DNA of 64,000 bases from positions 18,910,001 to 18,974,000 of the forward strand of contig CM022673.1 of NCBI GenBank assembly GCA_012295275.1. Reading direction: 5' to 3'. The position numbers and the translations under genes are program-made. The notes under the pieces were generated by a model, which ran no database searches, was not told where the DNA came from, and worked only from the letters and a program-made list of their open reading frames with translations. Of this stretch, positions 23,564 to 37,032 are shown piece by piece. Within the stretch, counting starts at the first letter, position 1, and every line of letters starts with the position of its first letter. Source of the stretch: Chrysomallon squamiferum (Eukaryota > Animalia > Mollusca).

Positions 23564-26500
23564 ATGGATGCTATTCTTGATTCTGATTTACCTGAAGTAG
23601 ATGATAATGTGAACCATGATGGAGTTTCACCACTAACCAACAATGATGATGTAATTTCTGGAGCAGAGCAAGATCTTTCATCAATTGCCACTGATGTAGA
23701 TGAGCAGAACTCATCTCTTGTATCCAGAGTAAATGGAATGTCACGTTCAGACCAAGACACAATGTCACCTCTTGTTCCTGATGATGATGGAATATCTGGA
23801 AGCAACCATGAAGATGTATCACCCATTACTTCTGATAGTCATGGAATGTCTATCCCAGTTCACAGCACTGCAGCAGCCCTGGTTGTTAGTGATGGTGGAA
23901 TGTCGCATGTCACACCTTTGACAGCAGAAACAGATAATAATGATGTTTCACCATTGACAGAAGGATCTGACAGATTATCAAATGATGCACAGCAGGCAGA
24001 CCATATCAATGTTCTACCACTAGAAGCCTCTGGAGCAGAAGGCAGTGACCGGAATGTCCTATCTGTAACCTGTTTGTCAGGTATTAATTGAAACACTTTG
24101 TACAGATTAATCTGTTCTGTTTTAAATATATAAAGGTTCCTTTTTAAATTTCAAGACCATCAAAGAAAAAGGTTTGTGAATGTATTTTCTGCTAAATGTT
24201 TTCATATTTTATGTACTGAAGTCTTTGTTATTACATAATTAAAATAAGAATATGTTTAAGTACTAACATTACCATAATGTTGTAATGTAATATTTACAAT
24301 TTTGTATTGTTTGTTTTTATTAGGGACTACTGATACTGGTTCTGCAGAGATTAAAGAGGAAAGACAAGAAACTGAATTATCACTGGGTGACAATCTTCCA
24401 ACCACAGAAAATCAAGTGGTTGGATTGTTACTGCAATCTGCAGAGGTAATTCACCAACAAATGATTGTCTGTTGAATAATGTTAAAAAATTAAATTACGT
24501 TTTTAGTAGATTTTTTTGTCCTGAGGCCAACCAGATAACAGCATTTCAAAATATCAAATTTTAATGTTTTCTCAGAACAGTCAAGCATTTCCTGACAACA
24601 GTCCAAATCAGCCAGTGAATATTTCCTTACCGGATGGACACATAGTAACTATGGCAAATGGTCATGTTGTCCAGGCTGTCACACTTGCAGACGGAACAAC
24701 AGCATTTATACAACACCCAAAAGGTAAGGTCTTTATTTTGATCTTACACTAACTAAAGATAATTATATAGCTCATCATTTATGATGAATTAGAATCTGCC
24801 TAACTAATGTTCCAGATAATGATTGGGATATATAAACATCAGATCTGAACTTACAAATATCTAATCTGGACAGATTTGTTTGATAGAAGACATTTACTTA
24901 AACATTCAAAGATGATCATGTATTAATAATCAGCATATCATATTATCTGTTTTAAAATGTGCCTTAAACATGTTAAAAATCGTATGGACACAATAATATA
25001 TTTTCCTGAGAAAGACTTAAACATTTTGTTTTTTTCATTGTAAACATTTCTTTACTTTTGCAGCAAATGAGAAATTTCTGGAAGGACAAACACTAACATT
25101 AGAAGATGGAAGTACTGCTGTAGTGCAAGGTGTTGCAAATAAAAGTATGTTTTATCATTTTGTCTTCATGAAAAATAAATTAATATTGAGCTTTGACACT
25201 TGTTTATGTAAATCAAAAAACTGTAAAATGAGTTTTAATTTAATCCAGGCTAAAGATTCTTTTTTTTTTCTTTTTTGCAATCTACTTTAGCTATTATTCA
25301 AAGTTTTCATACTAAATGAAATTTATGAAATTCTTGCTTCAGCCGAATCTGTTGCTACAAAACTTGTTGAGGGACAGGCAATACAGCTGGAAGATGGTAG
25401 TACAGCATACCTTCAAACTACTCCAAAATCAGCTTGTAAGTAAAGTCTAAAAATATTTATAAGTAAAATTTTCTAAGTCTTAGCTGTTTTTGTTTTATTA
25501 ACATAAACATACCTCATAGATATTAAACACATAAAGTTATGTACAACCAAAAATTTCAGTTTGCTATTAAACTCTATATAATTAATTCAACAACCTTCAT
25601 GTCATATAATACAAAAATGCTAACAGTAAGACTGATATTGTTCCACTGACAGTCTTCTGATGTATATGTGCTACTTAGATCCACATTTAGAAATCACATC
25701 AAGTTTAGCATCATATATACCTTCATATAATCTAGCATACAGATGTGTGAAAGCTTAGCCAAAATTTAAAGTTTAATTACTTGATAGTATTTATGTTTCA
25801 TAAAATGAATTTAGTATTACTAATGTTTTTATATTAAGTTAGACTTAAACAAGACACGGGTTTACATTCAAAATGTTTTATAGAGTCATCTAAAAAAAAA
25901 TCTGTAAATTAACTTGTTACCCTTGGACATTTGGTCCATTTTCAACAGTACTAAGACCAGCAGAAAATAAGAATGAATGTGAGTAACTGTGCAGTCTGGG
26001 AAAATGACATGTAAAGAAATATATTTCTTTTTTTATAGTGGATCAAGGCTTGCAGGCAATAACTTTGGAAGATGGAACCACAGCATTTATTGCTCATCCA
26101 AATCCAGAGGCTATTTTTGCAGAAGCAACTGGTCTTGAAAATGGAACCTTAAGTTTGGAGCAGCTGACATCACAGGTCAGTTGTATATCTGATAAAACAG
26201 TAGAGAAACAAAATACTTTCTGCTTAAGACAGAAAAATTACTTGACTTTCCATGCAGTTTAACAATTATTTAGACCACATATTCCCAACTGGGGTGCCGT
26301 GACATCAGCTGGGGGAAATGTGACAGAGATGAAATAAATGTTAATAAAATTGTTAATAAAAAAACACATTATTTCTGTATTTAACATTTATTGTGGATAG
26401 TAGGTCTTGTTAACAAGACTATTTTGATAGCATTCAAAGATTCAGTCTTTTTCTTAAATTAAGTATAAATGCTGAAAACAAAACAGTATCAGATTTTTAA

Positions 26501-29478
26501 ACTGGATTCTGCAAGATTATTGTCACACCAAGGATATCCCAGTACTGAAAGGCTGGGAATGTGAGCTTTAAACCATGTTGCTAATTGACGATTAAAAAGA
26601 CAACAATCTATCTCTGTTCTTGTAAAATAATTAAATGAATGTTAGTAATAAAGCTGTTCTTGATATCTTATTGATTAAATTCATTATACTGTTTAAATTT
26701 GAGCTTAAACAGAAAGCTCTATAATCGTACTTAATTTATTTTACAGACAAACAATCCAAGTGTTTATCGGGTGGCTGGAGATAAGACTATTGAAGGAAAA
26801 GCTTATAAATGTGGATATGATGGGTGTGGCAGAATGTATACCACTCTTCATCATTTAAAGGTTTAATCCGTGGGATGTTTGTCTAACACCTTAATATTGT
26901 AATCAAAATAACTAAAAATCAAGCAAATATTTTTTCTTTCATAGTAGGTTTTAAATAACTAAATTATATATTTTGCATCTGTTTTCATTCACATAGCCGG
27001 CCAATGTCATTGATAAATATAAAATTAATGTGATACACACAATTTAGAATAGCAAATAAATTAATGTGTCCACATAATGGGTCAGACATGATTTTCTATA
27101 ATGCTATAGAATCTTATTTAAATCTAAATTTGTTTCTAATGTGTTCTACTCTTTTCTACTGTTTTTGTTTTTTTGTTTTTTCTGACAGGTACATGAACGC
27201 TCTCATACAGGTGACCGTCCTTTCAAATGTGAGTTTGAGACTTGTGGCAAGGCATTTGCTACAGGTTATGGTTTGAAGAGTCACACAAGAGTGCATACAG
27301 GTGAAAAACCATACAAGTGTCCTGAGGAAATGTGTGACAAAGCATTCAAGACATCTGGTGATCTGCAGAAACATGTCCGTACTCACACAGGTCAGAAAGA
27401 AATGTTTTTCTAAATAAATGTTAGCAAAAAAGAAAGAATTTACTAGTATTAGTTACAAAATTTTATAATTTATTTAAATTTACTGGATTTTTATTATTGC
27501 AGTGTTTTGTTACTTATTATGTTTTTAATTGGATTTCTTTTTAACAGGAGAAAAGCCCTTCAAATGTCCATTTGAAGATTGCAATCGTTCCTTCACAACA
27601 TCAAATATCCGCAAAGTTCACATTAGAACACATACTGGTGAACGGCCCTATGTGTGTCAAGCAGAAGGCTGCAACAGAGCATTTGCTAGTGCAACTAACT
27701 ATAAGAATCACATCCGAATACATACAGGTATTTATTTTTAACAGTGGCATAAGCTTATTCCAGGAGCAAGAATCAGCAAAAGTGACCCATAACTCAAGCA
27801 ATCAGTTCTAAATTACTTATTTAATGTCATTTGTTTTTTGTTTTTTTAATTTAGCATTTAAAAGAAAATTATCCAGGCAGCATATGAATTATAAATATAA
27901 TTATTGCAGGTGAGAAACCCTATGTCTGTACAGTGCAAGGATGTGGTAAACGCTTTACCGAGTACTCTAGTCTCTACAAACATCATGTAGTACATACCCA
28001 TTCAAAACCATACAGCTGTAACCACTGTGGCAAGACATATCGACAAACCTCCACACTGGCGATGCACAAGAGAACAATACATGGTGAGGATATATCTCAG
28101 GAGAGTGAATCTCAGATCTTCCAAGGTCAGACACTGCAAGGTATCCATTTGTAGATATATATACACACTATTTTGTAAGTTTAGATATTATTTTATAAAC
28201 TAATCTTGCAGTATTTTGATTACTTAAGGATATTTATATTAAATAAACAAACAGGAGCATTCAGTGTACTGAACATTTTTTTCTTATTTTTATAATTAGT
28301 ATTAATATTGTTATATTTCAGATTTTATTCATCTAGTTTCCTCATTACTCTGCTGTGGTTTAAACATAATGTAAATTATAGAAATAACCTTTAATTTCGC
28401 TGATATTAATGTAATAGGTGTGGAAAGTTCTGAAGAACCTCCAGAAAAGCGTATAAGACTTCAGCTTCTAACAACAGCTGATGGCAGCAGTGTCACTGAA
28501 GAAGGAGATGGAACTCTGGTGATAAATACTTCAGATGCTCAACAGGTATCAAAAATATTTATTTTAATTTTTATTTCTTTCATTAAGTTACAGATATTTA
28601 AATTTTTTAAGTTTTTTTATTTTTTAATGAAAGAAAACAAAAATTAGTTGCAGCCATTAGTTACTTTTCTTGATTTATATATATTTTTTTTTAATGTTTC
28701 ACTCATTAATTTTCTCTCTCTCTCATCCTGATAGATGTTTTTGATTTATACTGGTATTTTTACAGACATCAGCATCAGTGGCAATGGTTGAGGCTGTAAA
28801 TACAAACACACCAGGAATTGGTGTTGTTACATTGCCTGCTCCAACACTGCAGCAGCTGCAGGAGAGTCATGGTATTACCAGTATCACTGTTGGTGATCTG
28901 CAAGGGAGACAGGTGTTAGTAGTCACTGACCCAAGTCAGCTGGAGGCACTTCAGGTAAAGAACATTTTTGTACTTGTCTTAATGTAGTCAATGAGTTAAA
29001 AACAAAGTAAATGTTCAGGTTTTGTGATAAAACCTCTCTGATTACAATATACTTCACTATATTATTTCACTTTTTTTTTCTTGCTGAAAATGCTACATAT
29101 TTTATTGACTGATCAGGAATTTTACAAAATGGCGTTGTAATAATTAGTCTTACGGCATCATGGGATTTTGTTTTTAAAGTTTTTAATGTTTTTATAGTTA
29201 ATGTTTAATATTAAAATAATTTTAATTAAAAAAAATCCCTATTATAAAATTAAATGGAACAGATAAGGTTGGAAAAAAAAGGTTTATGATGTTAAAATAT
29301 ATTTATTCATATTCATCTAGTTAATCAATAAGTATAAAATGTATTTTTCTTTCAACAGCAACTGGCACAACAACAGCACAGATTTAACACCCAGGCTGTG
29401 AGCACAGATTCAGTGACAGAAGACACAAATTCAGAATCTACCTCGGAACAAGCTATGATAATGTTCCAGACAGAGTAA
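23564..29478 (+). CDS. ZNF143: Zinc finger protein 143/76 (Staf) orthologue, seven C2H2 fingers
   Basis: Approximate coding exons: 23564-24080, 24324-24445, 24576-24723, 25064-25144, 25343-25435, 26039-26175, 26746-26860, 27189-27390, 27548-27728, 27910-28140, 28418-28545, 28766-28954, 29359-29478, with consistent phases. There are four QAxxL(E/A)DG(T/S)TA activation repeats. The fingers include [52 protein letters not shown] and [10 protein letters not shown], which are diagnostic of ZNF143/ZNF76. Confidence 0.93.
26277..26565. mobile_element. Decayed hAT (Charlie-like) MITE in a ZNF143 intron
   Basis: Termini CACATATTCCCAACTGGGGTGCCGTGA ... AAGGCTGGGAATGTGAG, with similar flanks (TTTAGAC / TTTAAAC). 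Confidence 0.5.
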
Positions 29479-32400
29479 AATCAAGTCACATCTATATTAT
29501 CTATACATATAAAATAATTTAACAACTTGGAGCACATTTACAAAAATCAGTCTTAGATATTTTCAATTTTCCCAAAAATGTTAATGATTATAAATTTATT
29601 TGGCAAATTTAAAGATTCTTTTTAATTTATATATAAATAATATTTTCTTGAGAATATAATCAATAAACTGTTACACTAGATAACTATAATAATTCAGTAA
29701 TTTTTCTTCATAGGTCTAATTATTTTGTATCTTTACAATCAGTATTTATTGGCATTTACATTTTAAGAACAGTATACATTTTAGGTGCAGGTTGGACATA
29801 AACTAATATTGATTATTAATTTATTGTTAGTTATTACTAGAATTATATTCTGAATAATGTTTACTATGAAGCTACTAGATACTGATTTTATATAAACAAA
29901 TGCTGGCATTTTTTCAGTTTACGTTTCTGCCTTGTTAATAAATGTCTTATTAAATATTTTACTTTGATTTTTTATTCTGTTGTTAGTGCAAATTAAAAAG
30001 AAGAAAAAAAGGAAAAGTTATACAGAGAGATGTCTAACCTTATTGCAGCAATCAGCTATCAGTAATGTAACTGTCAAATTTAACCAGTGTAAACAATATT
30101 TGATTATTATACTTAAATGCCAATGGAGCCTTTAGCTAATTATTTATTTTATATATATATATTAATTTATTATAATTTTTATTTTTATTATTATTATTAT
30201 TATTTATTATTTTTTTTTTTTTTTTTTTTTTTGTCTAATTTTGTTATTTTTGTAATTGTCTCAAGTCAACAGTTATTATGATTTATAAAAACAAGAAATT
30301 ATTAGAATATTCCAAGATTGTGTTTTACATGATGATAAGAAAAGATTGATTGGTTTGACAAGTAAAAAAGATAGCTTAGGCAATTTTATATGACCTTTCA
30401 GTACTTTTTCCAAAGCAACAGAAGACTGAAAAAAAGAAAAAAGGCCAGAAGTTCCATTCCATAACAGATACTGGTCTCATATATTGTTAAATATCCATTA
30501 AAAAATTTCTAATTTTGTACTTATTTAGAATGCAGATAAAGCCACAAAATTAATATAATAAATTTGTTGATAACAATCATAAAAAAATATTTAATTACTT
30601 AGCTGAACTGCTTTAGAAACACAGAATATTACACATCAAGAAACTAAATGTCATTTTAGTGTATTTCAAAGATTGGAAGGTTCAAGCATTTCAAATTTCA
30701 TGGCTTAATTATATATCCTGGCTGATCCAAAGCATTTGACTTGATGAAATGGCTGGTATAATACAGGTTGTAGTTAAAATATCTAAATGTTAAAGATGTT
30801 CCTTGCTGAGTGCCTTTAAGATCAGTTCATTCAACTGTTTTGTGTAGTAAAACATTGCAAAGGCTTAAAACCCATTTTTTAAGTAAATACATCTATCTCA
30901 AAACCAGGGCATCAAATTTAACTTATAAAATTTATCTTGTAATGAAATTTCACCTTTTTGTTATTTTCACTGGCAATATGCATACGTTCAGTTGTCTATA
31001 GACTAAAGCAAATATTTTACTATACATCTATGTATTAACGATGAAGGGAGACTATGAAATTATAAAATGTATTCCCAAGTTTTTAAAACATTTTATATAA
31101 ATAAGTTGTACAGAATGTGAAATATTGTATTGTGTATAAACGTTTCAATTTGTTAAATTTTATGTTAAATAATAAAAGAAGAATGAAATGGAATGTCAAC
31201 TTGTGTTTCTTGATTTTTTTTCTGCAGCTTTTTCAATCTGTTATTTCATCTTGCTTTTTTTGATGTTATTTGTATATTTCTCCGACATCGTAGCATATTG
31301 CTTGGTGGGTTTATTCAACAAAAAAAAAGTAAGAAAATTTTCAATACCATTTAAAATCGAAAACATTACTCAAATTTTTATTTTCATTTTACAAAAGTAT
31401 TGTTTTATCATTTCATGACAAAGTTTAGTTTCCTTTGCTAATATTTGAAAAACAAAGCAGTAATAATATTGAGTACAAAATGGCTTATAATTTTCTTTGA
31501 TCAATTTCCATAGACATGTTTGAACTAAACATAAAACATAAATACACATATACCCAGGCTTCTAAAGATATATATTTTTTTTTAATACCATAGCAAGTGT
31601 TGTCTTGTGACTCAACTAGAAATGTTAGGTCACCAAAGGAAAGTTCAAAGTGCACAAATGCTACATAATTTTTCAAAGTTTCACAGAAGTCATACCTCTT
31701 AGCTACATTTTGGCCATTAAGTAATAAAAACTATTTCAGTCACTCATACCTAAAAAAAGTCCAACATTTCAAAGTTGTCAAATTAAGTATTTAAATTTCA
31801 GTCAAAAACAGTTAATTAAAAAACCTTATTTTGTGTATACCATAGTTCTGTTGTTTGTTTTTTTCACACCATTATTTTGTACTAATATTTTCTCAGTAAA
31901 TTTACTCCTTTGTCAGGTGTGAAAATACTTATTGTCATTATTCTGACTCGCATCCAACATCATACATACATCACACCAATCCTTACAGAGGTCCTTAAAA
32001 TCAATTGATCTGGTGCATAAAAGTTTATAAATTACAACTGAAGTTTTATGTGGGATTCATAATACATACATACATACACAGTAATGTGAGGTAACCACTG
32101 ATCATGGAGATTTGTTTAATTGGCTTAATACAGCCACTCAAGACACTCAAATGTAAGTAAGACTTAAAAAACAATACATGTTATAATAATTTTTAAAAAA
32201 AGGAAAAATCCACATTCCAATCCTTAAAAATAACACAAAATTGATTTTAAAAATTGAGTTATTTACAGTATTTATGATATATACTGTCAAAATTTTTAAA
32301 AGCTCTAAATAATTTATTCTAGGTCTACTAATTTTATGAAATATTTTGAAAACATTCTCATCTATAAAAAGTCCTTTATCCACATGGAGATTCGTTTTTG

Positions 32401-33737
32401 TAAGTTTTAGTTAGTGAAAAAAGTAATATTACAAAGAAAGAAGTTTAAAAATCGATTTAATATTAAGAAAAAGAAGAAGAAAAAGAAAAATAAAGAAATA
32501 TCGTGGAAAACAGAAAAACAAAACACAGGACAACAGTGAATGCCTGCAACCATAAAATGCAAATAATTATGTCATTTAATATAATAAATATATGAAATGT
32601 TACAACATAGTATTGTGATACATTATTTAAATAACAGCACCTACAGATTCTAATTATAACCAGGTATTTATAATAACTTTTTTACTTAGTCATTTGGTTG
32701 TACAACAGTATAAGAATATATTTTATGTTATCAGCATTTAAAAAAACTATCTTAAAATTAATGTTCCACAAAGTATACAGCACAGTAAATCCTCAGTATT
32801 TAGACCTCAGTTCAATGGACTTCAGATTAAGCACACAGAATTAGGTCCAAAGCAAGCAGTTAAGATTTGCTGGAACAGTGAATGTTTCAAAAATTCACTT
32901 AAAGCTGAATAGATCACACAAGGTATTGGTGGATCTGGTACACAACACATTTATGTTAACATACATAATCTGACATTCATCTTGATTGTTTAGTGAGTAA
33001 CTGTTTGGATACTTTTTTCAAATTTATAAAAAAAAAATTGGTTTTAAAGGAAGCCTGCTTCAGGTTCACATCGCCTTCTTTATGCAAGCAAATGGCATCT
33101 CTCTCTCTGCATATTACAGTTTCTGACATCTCTTACTTTGATAGAACTATCCATTACAACACAAGAACAATGAATTAAAAATATTTTACTTTGACATTTA
33201 ATACTGAAATGAACTAAATATTTCACATTATAGTTTTTAATATTAAAGATAATGTTATATTTAAATACAATTTAACATTTGTGATTTAATGGATTTTAAA
33301 TTCTCTCTCTCTCTCTCTCTCTATATATAGTATCAAATTGTGATGACTAGCTAGCTAAATTTCTGTATTTTCAGTCACTAATAAAAAATGTAGCTCTTGG
33401 GATTGAACTAGATTTACTTTGATAAATTACTTATGTTATAATATATATCATTCTGTTATTTAATGTTTCAGTTTATTTTTAAAATGTAAAGTTTTTTTAA
33501 AAATAAATGTGTTTTCAAAATGGTATTTTAAGAATTATATACTTTTTGTAGGCAAAATCCATACATGTGAATCTATTATACTCATGAGTGGTGATTTTGA
33601 GAAATAAAACAATTAATTTAATTTAGTTTTTGTATAATTAGGGATTGCAGGATAATGTAAAAAAAAATCTTAATTAGTATATCTATGAATGTATATTTGA
33701 TTGTGTGTGGGTCTTTCTGTATGTGTGTGTGTCTGTG

Positions 33738-33779
33738 TGTATCCTTTTCTATTATGTGTACATAATAGAAAAGGATACA
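33738..33779. repeat. Perfect 20-bp inverted repeat (hairpin/cruciform)
   Basis: TGTATCCTTTTCTATTATGT-GT-ACATAATAGAAAAGGATACA. Confidence 0.85.
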
Positions 33780-34492
33780 GAGTTATACAGCTGAAAGATT
33801 TAATTAGCAATGATTAGTTATTAATATCAAATTACAGAGTAAAAATTATATAATTAATACATGTATGTAAAACGGATATTTCTAAGTAGAAGTTAAATGC
33901 CCTTCCATTAGAGAGGAAGTTGGTGTTGCAACTTAACTAAACTAATATGTTCTGAAGTTGCAAACAGGCAAAGTTTATTACCAAATAAAAAACTTGAAAT
34001 AATAATAATAATAAAAGATTGTGAACATGTGGCAGGAAATAGCAAATTATATGTGAAATGGAAAATAAGTTCGAGATCTTTCTTATATACAAAAACAGTG
34101 TTCAACGTAATGCAATATTAGCTTAAATTGTTAAAAATTACATATAAACAGAAAGAAAATAAAAAACATGGGGAAAGAAGAAATATACAGCTAAAATAAT
34201 AATATTACTGCAGGTTCATAATATAAGTTTTTAAAAAAATTACAAAATTTAATAAATCTTGATATCAATTGACATAAGCAATACAGGATAGAATTTTTTT
34301 TTACAAAATAAAATAAATTAATAAATAAAACAGAAATAAAATTTAATAAAAATGAATAATTATAAAATAAATAAATATATAAATAAATAAAATAAAAATA
34401 ATAATACAATTTTGTAATTTCTGGTTAGTTGAAAATCAGTAATCTGTTAGATTTAATATATATCATAATCCTCTTCAATTTGCAAATACTTA

Positions 34493-34493
34493 C

Positions 34494-34540
<47 letters not shown>
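34493..34540. repeat. (ATT)n microsatellite
   Basis: A run of ATT triplets. Confidence 0.9.
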
Positions 34541-34542
<2 letters not shown>

Positions 34543-35189
34543 GTCTCCAAATTATAATTAAAATTATAATACCCAAGAAAAATGTCAAATGTATTTACAC
34601 CAACTGAATTAGTAATAGTTCTGAAATGTTTCTGAAAGCTAGTCAGAACGCTACAGATCAAACTCATCAATACATTTTTAAAAATGCGCGCTAAAACTGA
34701 TACTAATTTACATATACGGGTGGAATAACAGCACGATACTAAAATGCTAAGATTCAAATAGGAAACGATTTTAATCACCGTTATCTTCAAACAGCTGAGA
34801 TAATGGAGCTCATGTTAATGAGTCAAATGACCGAGTGGTTTAATTAGTTCATGGACATTTCATTTTTGTTGCTCAGTTGTGCAATTACAAGCTATCAAGA
34901 ACCTAAAACGACAACCAAACAATGATGAAAACATACTACCATCAACAAAAATATGACGTCGGTAAATAATAACAAAAGTAGTAATCAATAATACTATAAC
35001 TATTATATAACATAAATACTACAAATAACAACTACTACAATAATATCAATAGATCACACATACACAGACAGTAACTTAGCTTATTATTTTTTTCCCATAT
35101 TTTATTATTTTGTTTTGCGAAAATCAATGAAATATAAATCGACTTATTTATTTATTTTATTTTATTTTATTTATTATTATTATTATTAT

Positions 35190-35230
<41 letters not shown>

Positions 35231-35584
35231 TTAATCTCTTTTTCATTTCTTCCCATATAATTAATGTTTACTTTCTGTTATGAAACTTAAATATTTCATT
35301 CAATCATTAATTCATTGTGAAACAAAATGGCATATCATTACAACAAATCTAAGAATAATATTATATTTAAAAAAAAGAAGAATAATAATTGCAGAGTCAT
35401 TATATTAATTCAGAGAAAGATCTTTATCAGTGTCTGTCACTTAACATAAAAAGTTAAATAATACTCTTTTTTTCAATGTTTCGAAACGGCACTTTATGAT
35501 TAATGAAATGTCCTTGGTGGGAGTTCCCGATAGTTTCTTATTGCCTCGTTTTCACTTGAAACCTCGTTCCCAACTAAGCATGTT

Positions 35585-35598
35585 AATGGCGGCCATTT
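35585..35598. promoter_or_regulatory. YY1-like palindromic motif in the presumed AP2A promoter
   Basis: AATGGCGGCCATTT lies inside a CpG-enriched patch (about 35480-35850), 1.4 kb upstream of the AP2A ATG exon. Confidence 0.4.
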
Positions 35599-37032
35599 GT
35601 AGACTGTGATCCACCTACAATCCTGATAAAATACAAAATACATGCCATTACATAAGACAGTTACAAGAAGAATAACGGACGGTTAGTACAATGTTTTAAA
35701 TATAAACTCTGTGTAGTACTAATCCAAAGTGATGTTGACTGCAAAATGTAACGGCAACCGGTGTCTCCGTAGAAAACTGATGATGTGAAAGGGGGCGAGG
35801 CTGCACTTCATGTATATCTTACGTTAAGTGACATTTTGTTTTAACCGCAGAAAAAAAGATTTGTTAATTTGTACTGTTATTCAGTTTAATATATTGTAAT
35901 ATTGTGAGTTCTGAATTTGTGTTCAGCACATTTCATAGTAGATTTTATTATTAGACTACTGACAGCGATAGCTAAAAAATACTTTAAATAGTATTCATTC
36001 ATTATTACTGTATAATAGTATTATAGTTTTTAATTCTATAAAGTATAATGTATTGCATTGTGTGACCTATCACAGCATTCAAAGTTCACATATCAAATTA
36101 GTTTTTAGGCTTTGCACTTAAAGTGAAAAATGTAATCTTGCAGTTTAAGTCTACCTTAATAAATATTTTTTCTGCTGCAGATTCAGATATAAAAATGTCA
36201 TTAAAATTTGTTGAATTCAGTTTAGTTAGCTAAATCAATAAATGTTAACTTGTTTGGTCAGTATCAGCCTGCAGTTAACCAGTAATCACTGAAATGTTCC
36301 TTTTTAAAAAAAAAGCTAGTTACACTATTATTATTAAAACTCTGATTCAGAAGAAATCTCACCACAATCCAGCAACATTAACAAATGAAATATAAAGAGA
36401 AAAATAATAATTACCTAAAAGTAATAAACCATATAAAAATAGTATAAACATGCATTTAAAGGCTATTTTTAATCTTCCTGTCATTCAAGGAAATAAATGT
36501 AATACAAAATAATTCCATGAACTGATGAAGTCTTTTTCATATACATATATATAAACAAGGATTTATGCCAGGCTGTCAAATGGTACTAAAGCCTTTGGTT
36601 CCATTTGACATAAATCCTTGTAATATACTGCACATGTGAATTCCTTTCACTTAAACTGAAAATGTACATACAAGTCCACTTTCTACTTGACTTCGTACTT
36701 CCAGTTTTACCAACCAAACCTTCATCTATCTTTTCCTTCCAAATAAAAAAATCTTCAGTTATAACTTTGTTTATAAAATTATTTTCCCTATTTTCTTAGA
36801 GACATAATATACTTATATGTTCTTTGGATACAAACTAGCAGTGTTTTAAAGAATGTACAGCATTAATGTTTATGACTAGATATTTTTAAATAAATAAATA
36901 AAAATTTATACAGTCAACAATTTGGATGGAAACAACTACACGTATGAGACTTTTCATCCAAAGCAGTAAATAAGAAATACATAACTAGAAATATGTTGTT
37001 TCGTTTATTTTCTTTCAGAATAGTTTAACAAA

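Noticed and set aside
34837-34890. GGTTTAATTA (resembles the start of nematode SL1) followed by an Sm-like ATTTTTG and a small hairpin
   Set aside because: No splice donor follows the leader and it does not match any U snRNA I know. Chance occurrence is likely in AT-rich DNA.
31300-35400. Possible minus-strand gene or lncRNA between ZNF143 and AP2A
   Set aside because: No coherent exons or protein similarity. The ORFs are low-complexity AT-rich artefacts.
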